23,988 nucleotides of DNA from Candidatus Bipolaricaulaceae bacterium (GTDB lineage: Bacteria; Bipolaricaulota; Bipolaricaulia; Bipolaricaulales; Bipolaricaulaceae). The stretch is from assembly GCA_049975705.1 (NCBI GenBank), contig JBNGCS010000019.1, positions 1 through 23,988 on the forward strand, in the 5' to 3' direction. Positions 16,242 through 23,948 of this stretch are shown piece by piece (within the stretch, counting starts at the first letter, position 1; each line of letters opens with the position of its first letter). The translations under genes were made by a program, and so were the position numbers. The notes beneath the pieces were generated by a model. That model saw only the letters and a program-made list of their open reading frames with translations. It was not told the origin of the DNA and ran no database searches.

Positions 16242-16928
16242 TCAGTCCGAATCGGCTAGCTGCAGGTACAACCGCTTGGCAGCCGCCTGTTCTGCCTCTT
16301 TCTTGGAGCGGCCGCGCCCCACGGCTTCCTCTCCCCCCAGAGCGGCTCGCACGGTGAACGTCCTCCGGTGCTCGGGGCCCTCAGCCACCACCACCTCGTA
16401 GGCGGGCAGGCGGCCGAACCGGCCCTGGCCCAGCTCCTGCAGCAGCGACTTGTAGTCCCGCAGCCGGGAGCGTGCGTGACGGTCGATGTGGTCTCCGAGG
16501 AGCCGCAAGGCCAGCTCACGGGCCTCGGCGTAGCCGGAGTGGAGGAACACCGTTCCCACCACCGCCTCCAGTGCCGCGCTCAGGTTGGACGGCCGCTGGC
16601 GCCCCCCGGCCGCCAGCTCCCCTTTGCTGAGCAGGAGCAGCTCCCCCAAGCCGATGTCGCGGGCCACCTCGGCCAGGGCGGGGCGGGAGACCACCACCGC
16701 CCGCAGCTTGGATAGTTCCCCCTCGTCCCAATCGGGGTGCCGCCGGTAGACGATGTCGGCCACCGCCAGGTCCAGCACCGCATCGCCCAGGAACTCAAGC
16801 CGCTCGTTGCTCTCCAGCTCCCCGACCTGGTTGGCGTAGGAGGCGTGCACCAGGGCGGGCCGGATGGCCTGCGGGGGGAGGTCCACTTGCAGGCGCTGGC
16901 ACAGGCGGCGAAACGGTTCATCGGTCAT
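16242..16928 (-). CDS. rnc: Ribonuclease III
   Basis: NERLEFLGDAVLDL signature, a dsRBD C-terminus (...GRGRSKKEAEQAAAKRL). Confidence 0.92.
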   Translation of the reverse strand: MTDEPFRRLCQRLQVDLPPQAIRPALVHASYANQVGELESNERLEFLGDAVLDLAVADIVYRRHPDWDEGELSKLRAVVVSRPALAEVARDIGLGELLLLSKGELAAGGRQRPSNLSAALEAVVGTVFLHSGYAEARELALRLLGDHIDRHARSRLRDYKSLLQELGQGRFGRLPAYEVVVAEGPEHRRTFTVRAALGGEEAVGRGRSKKEAEQAAAKRLYLQLADSD

Positions 16929-16967
16929 GGGGTCACCCTGCGGGGGACTTTCTCCGCCCCAGGCGGG

Positions 16968-16996
16968 GATGTCAAGGGCCCGCGGTGGGCTATCAT
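16968..16996 (+). promoter_or_regulatory. Putative moaD promoter: ATGTCA-N17-TATCAT, 8 nt before the ATG (leaderless). The same hexamer read on the other strand is a perfect TTGACA for rnc.
   Basis: It sits in the 76-bp region between the divergent rnc and moaD genes. Confidence 0.3.
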
Positions 16997-17004
16997 CGCG
17001 GGGG

Positions 17005-17286
17005 ATGAACGTGAAGCTGCGGCTGCTGTTCCCGTTTCGGCACGAGGTGGGCGAGGACCCACTGAACCTCGACCTGGCGGAGGGGGCGGACGTGGAGGCG
17101 GCGGTGGCTGCCCTGGCCGCACGGTTCCCTCACCTCCGGGGGAAGCTATACGATCGCCGGGGCCGTCCCCAGCGCTACCTGTCCGCCCTGGTGAACGGGG
17201 TGCCTGTTCAGTCCCTGCAAGGGTTCGCCACCCGCCTATCCCCGGGCGACGAGCTGACCTTCCTCCCCCCGGTGGGCGGGGGGTGA
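17005..17286 (+). CDS. MoaD/ThiS-family ubiquitin-like sulfur-carrier protein (C-terminal GG)
   Basis: It is 93 aa and ends ...LTFLPPVGGG. ATG 17005 is chosen. Confidence 0.72.
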   Translation: MNVKLRLLFPFRHEVGEDPLNLDLAEGADVEAAVAALAARFPHLRGKLYDRRGRPQRYLSALVNGVPVQSLQGFATRLSPGDELTFLPPVGGG

Positions 17287-17291
17287 AATGG

Positions 17292-17368
17292 TGGTGGGTG
17301 GTGCAGGACTCGAACCTGCGACCTCATGCACGTCAAGCATGCGCTCTACCAGGCTGAGCTAACCACCC
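17292..17368 (-). tRNA. tRNA-Val (anticodon GAC), CCA encoded
   Basis: GGGTGGTTAGCTCAGCCTGGTAGAGCGCATGCTTGACGTGCATGAGGTCGCAGGTTCGAGTCCTGCACCACCCACCA. The cloverleaf was folded by hand: 7-bp acceptor, TTCGAGT T-loop, anticodon loop TTGACGT. Confidence 0.9.
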
Positions 17369-17370
17369 TG

Positions 17371-17442
17371 AGGCGGCGCCCGGATTCGAACCGGGGAATA
17401 AGGGATTTGCAGTCCCTCGCCTTGCCGCTTGGCTACGCCGCC
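17371..17442 (-). tRNA. tRNA-Cys (anticodon GCA), CCA not encoded
   Basis: GGCGGCGTAGCCAAGCGGCAAGGCGAGGGACTGCAAATCCCTTATTCCCCGGTTCGAATCCGGGCGCCGCCT. The anticodon loop is CTGCAAA. A 2-nt spacer separates it from tRNA-Val. Confidence 0.9.
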
Positions 17443-17452
17443 ACCGGTTAAG

Positions 17453-17481
17453 ATTATAGGAACCCCCAAACAGGGGGTCAA
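17453..17481 (-). promoter_or_regulatory. Promoter of the tRNA-Cys/Val pair: TTGACC-N17-TATAAT, with the -10 ending 10 nt before the tRNA-Cys 5' end.
   Basis: The hexamers were read directly on the minus strand (complements of 17476-17481 and 17453-17458). Confidence 0.55.
17463..17477 (-). terminator. Short hairpin CCCCC-aaaca-GGGGG at the HAD gene stop, lying inside the tRNA promoter spacer.
   Basis: Inverted repeat. There is no U-tract, so it is a weak terminator or processing site. Confidence 0.3.
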
Positions 17482-18275
17482 CGACCCACTGCCGCCAGCC
17501 GGCAGGGGAGCTCCTCCACGGAGGCGATGACCAGGTCGGCCCGGTCGCAAACTGGTTGAGGGGCGTGCGCCATGGCCACCCCGAGGCCGGCCAGCTCGAT
17601 CATGGGCAGGTCGTTGCGCTGGTCTCCCACCGCGACCACGGCCGAGGGGGGAACGCCGAGGTGGTCGCACAGCCAGCTCAGCGCGGCGCCCTTGTTGGTG
17701 CCGGGGGCCAGCACCTCGAGATAGGTCTGCTCGGACTGCACCACGGACAGCTCGGGGACCGCCGCCTGCAGCGCCGCGGCCAGCTCCGCCAGGGCGGGAG
17801 CCTCCCCCACCATGAGCAGCTTCAACGGGTTGCCGTCGATGGCCGCGGTCAGATCGCCGACTTGGCGGGCGGGAAGCTGTTCCTTGTCCAGGAAGGCCTG
17901 GATGGCGGGGGTCACCCGACTTACGACCACCGCTGCCTCAGTCCAATCGCGGTACAGTTGGGGGTGGACCGGAAACTTCCGCGCCACCTCCAGGGCGCGG
18001 CGGGCGAGCGCCTGGGGCAGGCGCCGGTCCCACCGGGGGCGGCCGCCGACCGGGTCGTACACCATTGCCCCGTTGTACAGGATGGCGGGAATGCTAATGT
18101 GAAGGCCGTCCAGGAAGGGCCGGGCCGAGACCAGCGACCGGCCGGTGGCCAACGTCACCTGGGCCCGTCGGCGCAGGGCGGCCACCACCTCCGTCGCCCG
18201 GGGGAGCAAAGCGTGGTCCTCCCCGAGCAGGGTGCCGTCCAGGTCGAACACGAACAGCTGCCAGGGGCCGCTCAC
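17478..18275 (-). CDS. Cof-type HAD-IIB phosphatase
   Basis: FVFDLDGTLL (DxDGT), a cap domain, and GDQRNDLPM (GDxxNDxxM) motifs are present. ATGA couples it to the ABC ATPase upstream. Confidence 0.85.
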   Translation of the reverse strand: MSGPWQLFVFDLDGTLLGEDHALLPRATEVVAALRRRAQVTLATGRSLVSARPFLDGLHISIPAILYNGAMVYDPVGGRPRWDRRLPQALARRALEVARKFPVHPQLYRDWTEAAVVVSRVTPAIQAFLDKEQLPARQVGDLTAAIDGNPLKLLMVGEAPALAELAAALQAAVPELSVVQSEQTYLEVLAPGTNKGAALSWLCDHLGVPPSAVVAVGDQRNDLPMIELAGLGVAMAHAPQPVCDRADLVIASVEELPCRLAAVGR

Positions 18276-19363
18276 TGGGTCTTGGGAATCAAGTGCAGGC
18301 TCTTCCTGTGCAGCCGCAGGCCCACCTTGTCCCCCACCGACAGGAGGCCGCGCTCCTGGGGGTTGGCCACCTGGACCTCCAGGCGCTGGCCGCCCTCCAG
18401 CCGCAGGGCGTATAGCACCACCGAGCCCGTGTAGTGGGAGAACAGCACCTCAGCCTGGCCGTCCCCTTGTCCGGCTGGCAGGATGTCCACCGCCTCCGGT
18501 CGGACCACCACGTCCACCTCCTCGCCGGCCGCCCAACTGGGGTGAGTGCGGGGAATCTCCATCTCCGCGCCAAACAGGGAAATCACCGTGGTCCGGTCAC
18601 GGACCTCCACCACGCCGGCCGGGAGGAAGTTGGCCTCTCCGATGAAGTCGGCCACGAACCGGTTGGCCGGCCAGCCGTAGATCTCGTCGGCGCTGCCCAG
18701 CTGCTGCAGACGTCCGGCCTCCATGACCGCGATCCGGTCGGAGATGCTCATCGCCTCCGCCTGGTCGTGGGTGACGTACAGGCTGGTGGTGCCCAGCTCC
18801 TGTTGGATGCGGCGGATCTGTTCCCGCGTCCCCTTCCTGAGTTTGGCGTCCAAGTTGGACAGGGGCTCGTCGAACAGGAGCACCTTGGGCTGGGTGACGA
18901 TCGCCCGGCACAGGGCGACCCGTTGCTGCTGCCCGCCGGACAGCTGGCCCACTCCCCGGTCCTCCAGACCCTGCAGGCCGACCAGGCTCAGCACCTCGGC
19001 CACCCGGGTGCGGATCTGGCGGCGCGGCATCCGCCGTACCTTGAGCCCGTAGGCCACGTTCTCGAACACATTCATGTGGGGGAACAGGCCGTAGGATTGG
19101 AACACCATGGCCGTGTCCCGCCGCTGGGGCGGCACGTCGTTTACCAGCTGCCCGTCGATGTACACGTTCCCCGAGGTGGGAAACTCGAACCCGGCCAGCA
19201 TGCGCAGGGACGTGGTCTTGCCGCAGCCAGACGGGCCCAGCAGGGTGATCAGCTCCCCCTGCCGCACGTCGAGCGAGAAGTCGTCCACGGCCCGCACCTG
19301 GCGCCGGGTACCCTCGGAGAACACCTTCACCACGTGGTCAAGCCTCACAACGACGTCGTTCAT
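18272..19363 (-). CDS. ABC transporter ATP-binding protein with a C-terminal TOBE/MOP domain (PotA/FbpC/MalK class)
   Basis: Walker A GPSGCGKTT, LSGGQQQRVALCRA, Walker B LLFDEPLSNLD, and an H-loop are present. ATG 19363 is preceded by AAGGTGA. Confidence 0.9.
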   Translation of the reverse strand: MNDVVVRLDHVVKVFSEGTRRQVRAVDDFSLDVRQGELITLLGPSGCGKTTSLRMLAGFEFPTSGNVYIDGQLVNDVPPQRRDTAMVFQSYGLFPHMNVFENVAYGLKVRRMPRRQIRTRVAEVLSLVGLQGLEDRGVGQLSGGQQQRVALCRAIVTQPKVLLFDEPLSNLDAKLRKGTREQIRRIQQELGTTSLYVTHDQAEAMSISDRIAVMEAGRLQQLGSADEIYGWPANRFVADFIGEANFLPAGVVEVRDRTTVISLFGAEMEIPRTHPSWAAGEEVDVVVRPEAVDILPAGQGDGQAEVLFSHYTGSVVLYALRLEGGQRLEVQVANPQERGLLSVGDKVGLRLHRKSLHLIPKTQ

Positions 19364-19370
19364 GTTGGGG

Positions 19371-21059
19371 TCACCTTGGTTTGGCAATTGGGGCCATCCC
19401 CCCGCGGAACAGCCTGCTGGTCACCAGCCGCATGATCAACACCGCGGCGAGAACGATGGCGATGATCACGTAACCGTACGCGGCGGCCCCCGCCAGGTTC
19501 GCCTGGTCCACCTCGTACAGGAGGGCCACAGTCAACAGCTGCCAGCCGGCCGACACCACGAACACCACCGCCGAGATGGCGGTCATGCAGCGGACGAAGA
19601 TGTACACCAGGCTGGACAGGAACGCGGGGGCGATCAACGGCAGGGTAACCCGGCCGAAAGTGCGGAAGAAGCCCGCCCCCAAGCTGCTGGAGGCCTCCTC
19701 GATGGCTGGGTCGATCTGCTGGAGCTGGGCGATGGCGTCGCGGATTCCCACCGGCATGCGGCGGAACACGAACACCAACACGATGATCAGTGCGGTGCCC
19801 GTGAGGCGCAGCGGCGGGGTGTTGAACGCCAGGATGTAGCCGATGCCCACCACCACCCCGGGGACCGCGAAGTTGAGCATGGACACGAAGTCCATCACCC
19901 CCCGCCCGGGGAACCGCCGCCGGGTGACCAAGTAGGCGATGAGCATGGACAGCAGCCCGCCGACCGGGGTAGCGATCAGGGCAATGGTTATGGTGTCCAG
20001 CACGTACTGCCCACCCACCTTGAACACATACAGGTAGTTCTTGACGGTGAACGAGTTGTCCACCCCCCACAGGCGGGTGAAAGAGCCGTACAGGACAACC
20101 CCGTACATGAGCAGGATCAGGCCGGTCAGCAGGATCATCAGCGCCAGGACGGGGTACTTCACGTGCCGCTCGGTGGACCGCAGCCCCACGCCGGAGGGCT
20201 TGCCGGTCACCGTCACGTAGGAGCGCCGCGACACGTAGTACTTCTGCACTGCGAAGATCATCAGGGTGGGCACGAGCATGAAGATGGCCAGCGTGGCGCC
20301 CAGGGGCATGTTGTACATCCCGGTCACCGCGTGGTAGGCCTCCACGGTGAGCACCCGGAAGCTCCCCTGGATCACCACTGGGTTGCCGAAGTCCTCCAGC
20401 GAGCGGATGAACACTAGCAGCATCGCGCTGGCGATCCCGGGCACGGCCAGGGGCAGGGTCACCGTGAGGAAGGTGCGGAGCTTGGAAGCTCCCATGTCCA
20501 GGGCCGATTCCTCGATGGCCGGGTCGATCTTGGAGAGCACCCCCTCCAGGATCATGAACGCGATCGGGAAGTAGGCCAGCGTCTCGGTCAGCACCAACCC
20601 CGGCAGTCCATAGATGTCCCAATCCAGCTTCAACAGCTCCGTCACCACCCCGTGGTTGCCGAACAGGAAGATGGCCGCCAGGGCGATGAGAAAGGGCGGG
20701 GAGACGATGGGGACGATGGCCACCAGCCGGAACAATCCCTTTCCCGGGATGTCGGTGCGGGTGACCCCATAGGCGAAGATGAACGCCACCACCGTCCCGC
20801 ACAGGGACACCAGCCCGCCGACGATCAGGCTGTTGACCAGCGGGCGCCAGTAGTACGTCTTCTGGAAAAACTGGACGAAGTACTTGGGGGCGAACTGTCC
20901 CCCTGGCCAGATGCTGTGCTGCACCACTCGCACCAGGGGGTAGACGATGAACACGGCCAGCAAGATGGAGATGACGACCACCAACGTGAGCACCACCGGG
21001 TCGCGGAGGAGGCGGCGGACCTCCCCCCGGACCTCCCTGAAGTAGGTCTTGAGGGACAT
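19371..21059 (-). CDS. Fused two-domain ABC permease (FbpB/ThiP-like, COG1178)
   Basis: It is 562 aa and about 12 TM, with two EAA-like loops (IDPAIEESALDMGAS and IDPAIEEASSSLGAG). AAGAGG SD precedes ATG 21059. Confidence 0.9.
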   Translation of the reverse strand: MSLKTYFREVRGEVRRLLRDPVVLTLVVVISILLAVFIVYPLVRVVQHSIWPGGQFAPKYFVQFFQKTYYWRPLVNSLIVGGLVSLCGTVVAFIFAYGVTRTDIPGKGLFRLVAIVPIVSPPFLIALAAIFLFGNHGVVTELLKLDWDIYGLPGLVLTETLAYFPIAFMILEGVLSKIDPAIEESALDMGASKLRTFLTVTLPLAVPGIASAMLLVFIRSLEDFGNPVVIQGSFRVLTVEAYHAVTGMYNMPLGATLAIFMLVPTLMIFAVQKYYVSRRSYVTVTGKPSGVGLRSTERHVKYPVLALMILLTGLILLMYGVVLYGSFTRLWGVDNSFTVKNYLYVFKVGGQYVLDTITIALIATPVGGLLSMLIAYLVTRRRFPGRGVMDFVSMLNFAVPGVVVGIGYILAFNTPPLRLTGTALIIVLVFVFRRMPVGIRDAIAQLQQIDPAIEEASSSLGAGFFRTFGRVTLPLIAPAFLSSLVYIFVRCMTAISAVVFVVSAGWQLLTVALLYEVDQANLAGAAAYGYVIIAIVLAAVLIMRLVTSRLFRGGMAPIAKPR

Positions 21060-21081
21060 GTGAGCCTCTTAGGAAGTACAA

Positions 21082-21106
21082 GGGGTGGGGAACGTATCCC
21101 CACCCC
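21082..21106 (-). promoter_or_regulatory. Perfect 10-bp-stem intercistronic hairpin GGGGTGGGGA-acgta-TCCCCACCCC between the binding-protein and permease genes.
   Basis: Read directly. It lies 16 nt after the binding-protein stop and before the permease SD. Confidence 0.5.
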
Positions 21107-21121
21107 CGGGCCGTGCGTTCC

Positions 21122-22135
21122 TCACTCCCCGGTGAGTTCGCGCCAGTGATCGATGACCTCGTCCTTGTGCTCACCGTACCACATCAGGTCGATGGGCAGG
21201 ACCTCTACATCGGCGGCGGTCACGCTCCCCTCGGCCACCTCGGCCTCCGGGTTCAGAGGAATGCGGTAGAACTGCTTGTACAGGTCCTGGGCCTCCTTGG
21301 ACAGGGCCCAGTCGTAGAAGATCTTGGCCAGCTCCAGCTCGGGCCCGCCCCTGATCAGGGCCATGCCCCCGATCTCGTAGCTGGTCCCCTCGGAGGGGAA
21401 GGTCATGACCACTGGATAGCCGGCGGCCACGCCCTTCTTGAGGATGTCATGGGAGAAGGCCACGCCGACGCCGATCTCGCCGATGCCGGCCTGGGTGATG
21501 CAGGCGCTGCCCGACTCATTGTAGTGGTGCACTTGCTTGTTGAATGCCTTGATGAACGCCTCGTCCTCGGGGTCGAAGCCGGGCTCGGGGGATCCGATGG
21601 CGGACAGCATACCCGCCAATGTGGTGTACGCCGTGCCAGAGCTGAACGGGTAGGCGAGGGAGATCTCCCCCTTGAACTCGGGCTTTAGCAGGTCCTGCCA
21701 CGAGGCAGGGGCCTCGGCCCCCACGTCCTCCAGGAACTCGGTGTTGGTCACGAAGCCGATGTAGCCCACGTAGATGCCGATCCAGCGCCCGGCGGCGTCC
21801 TTGAACTGGTCGGGCATGAATTGCCAGGCCAGCGACTCGGTGTAGGGCTCCAGCAACCCGTCCTGGGCGGCGGCGATGTGGGAGGTGTTGGAGCCGCCGA
21901 ACCAGATGCTGGCTTGCGGGTTGGCGGCCTCGGCGCGGATCCTGGCCAGCACCTGGCCCGATGAGAGGCGCACCCACTGGACGTCGATGTCCGGATGTGC
22001 CGCCTCGAAGGCTTCAATGTACACCTGGGCCTGATCAGCGTCGAACGCCGTGTACATGTGCAGCACCTGCTGGGCTCCCCAGCCCAGCGTGCCCGCCAAC
22101 AACAGACCAACGGCCACCACAGCGAATCTGCGCAT
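21122..22135 (-). CDS. Extracellular solute-binding protein of the FbpA/AfuA/PotD/ThiB cluster (COG1840-like). Substrate unknown.
   Basis: A signal peptide MRRFAVVAVGLLLAGTLGWG is followed by VLHMYTAFDADQAQVYIEAFEAAHPDIDVQWVRLSSGQVLARI. ATG 22135 is preceded by GAGGAGG 6 nt upstream. The 26-aa upstream extension in the ORF track is rejected. Confidence 0.85.
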   Translation of the reverse strand: MRRFAVVAVGLLLAGTLGWGAQQVLHMYTAFDADQAQVYIEAFEAAHPDIDVQWVRLSSGQVLARIRAEAANPQASIWFGGSNTSHIAAAQDGLLEPYTESLAWQFMPDQFKDAAGRWIGIYVGYIGFVTNTEFLEDVGAEAPASWQDLLKPEFKGEISLAYPFSSGTAYTTLAGMLSAIGSPEPGFDPEDEAFIKAFNKQVHHYNESGSACITQAGIGEIGVGVAFSHDILKKGVAAGYPVVMTFPSEGTSYEIGGMALIRGGPELELAKIFYDWALSKEAQDLYKQFYRIPLNPEAEVAEGSVTAADVEVLPIDLMWYGEHKDEVIDHWRELTGE

Positions 22136-22261
22136 GTTCTGCCTCCTCGAATTGTCGTTCGCGTTGGGAGGCGACTTCCGCCTCCGCCGGTCGGCCCTGG
22201 GCTCGCGTACCACCTCCTCACAGAGCGCAGTTGCGCAAACGCTACCAATAAGGTACTCCTC

Positions 22262-22288
22262 GCCCCCACCGGCTGCAACACTGGGGGC
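22262..22288 (-). terminator. Hairpin GCCCCCA-13 nt-TGGGGGC immediately after the MalG-like stop. It has no U-tract.
   Basis: Inverted repeat abutting stop codon 22289-22291. Confidence 0.35.
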
Positions 22289-23113
22289 CTATTTTATCCC
22301 CATGGCGAATCCCCGCAGGAGATGTCGCTGTACGTATCCGGAAAGCAGCAGGACGGGGAGCGAGGAGAGCAGGCCAATGCCCATCAGCTCCCCCCACAGC
22401 ACCTCGTACTCGGTGATGTAGTTGGCGATGTGGATGGGCAGGGTGAACACCCCCGGGGTACGCAGGAAGAGTAGGGCGTAGAGAAACTCGTTCCAGGTCA
22501 TGATCATGCAGAATATAGCCGTGGCCACCAGCCCTGGTCCCACCAAGGGGAGGACCACCGCGCGCAGCGTCCGCCATTTGGAGGCCCCGTCGATGGCCGC
22601 CGCCTCCTCCACCTCCACCGGGACGTCGCGGACGAACCCCAGGAGCATCCAAATGCTGTAAGGGAGGGTGTATACCTGGTAGACGATCACCAAGCCGGTG
22701 AGGGTGTTGAGCAGTCCCAGCGACCGCAAGGTGGTGTACAACGGAATGGCGATCACTACTGGCGGGGCCATCCGCACCAACAGGACCCACAACAAGAACA
22801 GCAGGTCGAACCGGGCTGGAAAGCGCAGGCGGACCAGGGCATAGGCGGCCATGGTCCCCGCGGCCAGGGACAAAGCAGTGGCCGACAGGGCCACGATCAC
22901 CGTGTTGGCGAAGTAGCGGTAGGCCCTGTGCTCCCACAGGCTGCGGTAGTGGTCGAAGGTGACCCGCAGGGGAAACCAGGCCGGGTCCTTGGTGGCGTAG
23001 TCCACCGGCAGCTTGACCGAGGTGGTGATCATCCAGTACACAGGGAACAGCACGAGGACCAGCACCCCGGTCAGGAGGATTGCGAACCCGGTCCGGCGGG
23101 CACCGGCTCGCAT
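22289..23113 (-). CDS. Carbohydrate ABC transporter permease (CUT1, MalG-like)
   Basis: It has 6 TM and an EAA motif region (AAAIDGASKWRTLRAVVLPL). ATG 23113 lies 1 nt after the upstream permease stop. Confidence 0.85.
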   Translation of the reverse strand: MRAGARRTGFAILLTGVLVLVLFPVYWMITTSVKLPVDYATKDPAWFPLRVTFDHYRSLWEHRAYRYFANTVIVALSATALSLAAGTMAAYALVRLRFPARFDLLFLLWVLLVRMAPPVVIAIPLYTTLRSLGLLNTLTGLVIVYQVYTLPYSIWMLLGFVRDVPVEVEEAAAIDGASKWRTLRAVVLPLVGPGLVATAIFCMIMTWNEFLYALLFLRTPGVFTLPIHIANYITEYEVLWGELMGIGLLSSLPVLLLSGYVQRHLLRGFAMGIK

Positions 23114-23114
23114 C

Positions 23115-23948
23115 CTAGCCACGGCCCCTCCCCAGCACCTGGCGGATGTAGAAGGCGGTGACCGCTGACACGGCCAGGAACATGACCACCGCGGCGGCGG
23201 ACGCCCGGCCCATGTTGAAGTACTTGAATCCCTCACGGTAGATGTAGAAGGAGATGGTCTCCGTGGCGCTTCCCGGTCCGCCCCCGGTCAGCGCGTACAC
23301 CTTGTCGAAGATCTTGAACGTATCGATGGACCGTAACAGAAGGGCCAAGAACAGGTGGCCGCGCAGCAAGGGCAGGGTTATCCGCCGGAACAGGCTCACT
23401 CCGGTCGCCCCGTCCACCCGGGCAGCCTCGTACAGCTCTCGGGGGATGGACTGAAGGCCGGCGAGCAGGATGAGGAAGGCCATGGGCGTCCACTGCCACA
23501 CGTCGACCAGCACCACCGACCACAGGGCCAGGTCCGGGTCGATCAGCCACCGCACCGGCCCCAGCCCTATCAGCTGGAGGAACTTGTTGAGTATCCCGTA
23601 GTCATAGTGGTACATCGAGCGCCAGATGGCGCATACCACCATGGTGGAGAACATCATGGGAAAGATGACCAGCGGCAGCAACAGCCGCCGGCCGCGGAAG
23701 CGAACGTTGAACAACAGCGCCAGGCCCAACCCCAGGGCCACCTCGGCCACCGTGGCGCTCAGGGAAAACAGGAAAGTGTTCTGCAGCCCTCGGACGAAAA
23801 ACCGGTCCTGGAACAGGCGGAGGTAGTTGCCCATCCCCACCGGGGCGGGGGATCCGCGCAGGTAGTTGTACTCGTAGAAGGAAAGGCGGACCACGTTGAC
23901 CATGGGGTACACGGTGAGAAAGGCCACGGGTAGATGTTTAGCGTCCAT
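23115..23948 (-). CDS. Carbohydrate ABC transporter permease (CUT1, MalF/UgpA-like)
   Basis: YEAARVDGATGVSLFRRITLPLL and FxxYPxxxxxxLSF motifs are present. ATG 23948 has an in-frame TGA immediately upstream. The N-terminus looks about 10-15 aa short. Confidence 0.78.
   Translation of the reverse strand: MDAKHLPVAFLTVYPMVNVVRLSFYEYNYLRGSPAPVGMGNYLRLFQDRFFVRGLQNTFLFSLSATVAEVALGLGLALLFNVRFRGRRLLLPLVIFPMMFSTMVVCAIWRSMYHYDYGILNKFLQLIGLGPVRWLIDPDLALWSVVLVDVWQWTPMAFLILLAGLQSIPRELYEAARVDGATGVSLFRRITLPLLRGHLFLALLLRSIDTFKIFDKVYALTGGGPGSATETISFYIYREGFKYFNMGRASAAAVVMFLAVSAVTAFYIRQVLGRGRG

Noticed and set aside
22136-22288. A TPP or FMN riboswitch upstream of the ABC importer, and an FMN riboswitch for ribD.
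   Set aside because: No CUGAGA / ACCUGAUCUGGAUAAUGCCAGCGUAGGGA-type TPP core or FMN aptamer blocks were visible. ribD is internal to an operon and has no leader. I cannot run covariance models, so a diverged element is not excluded.
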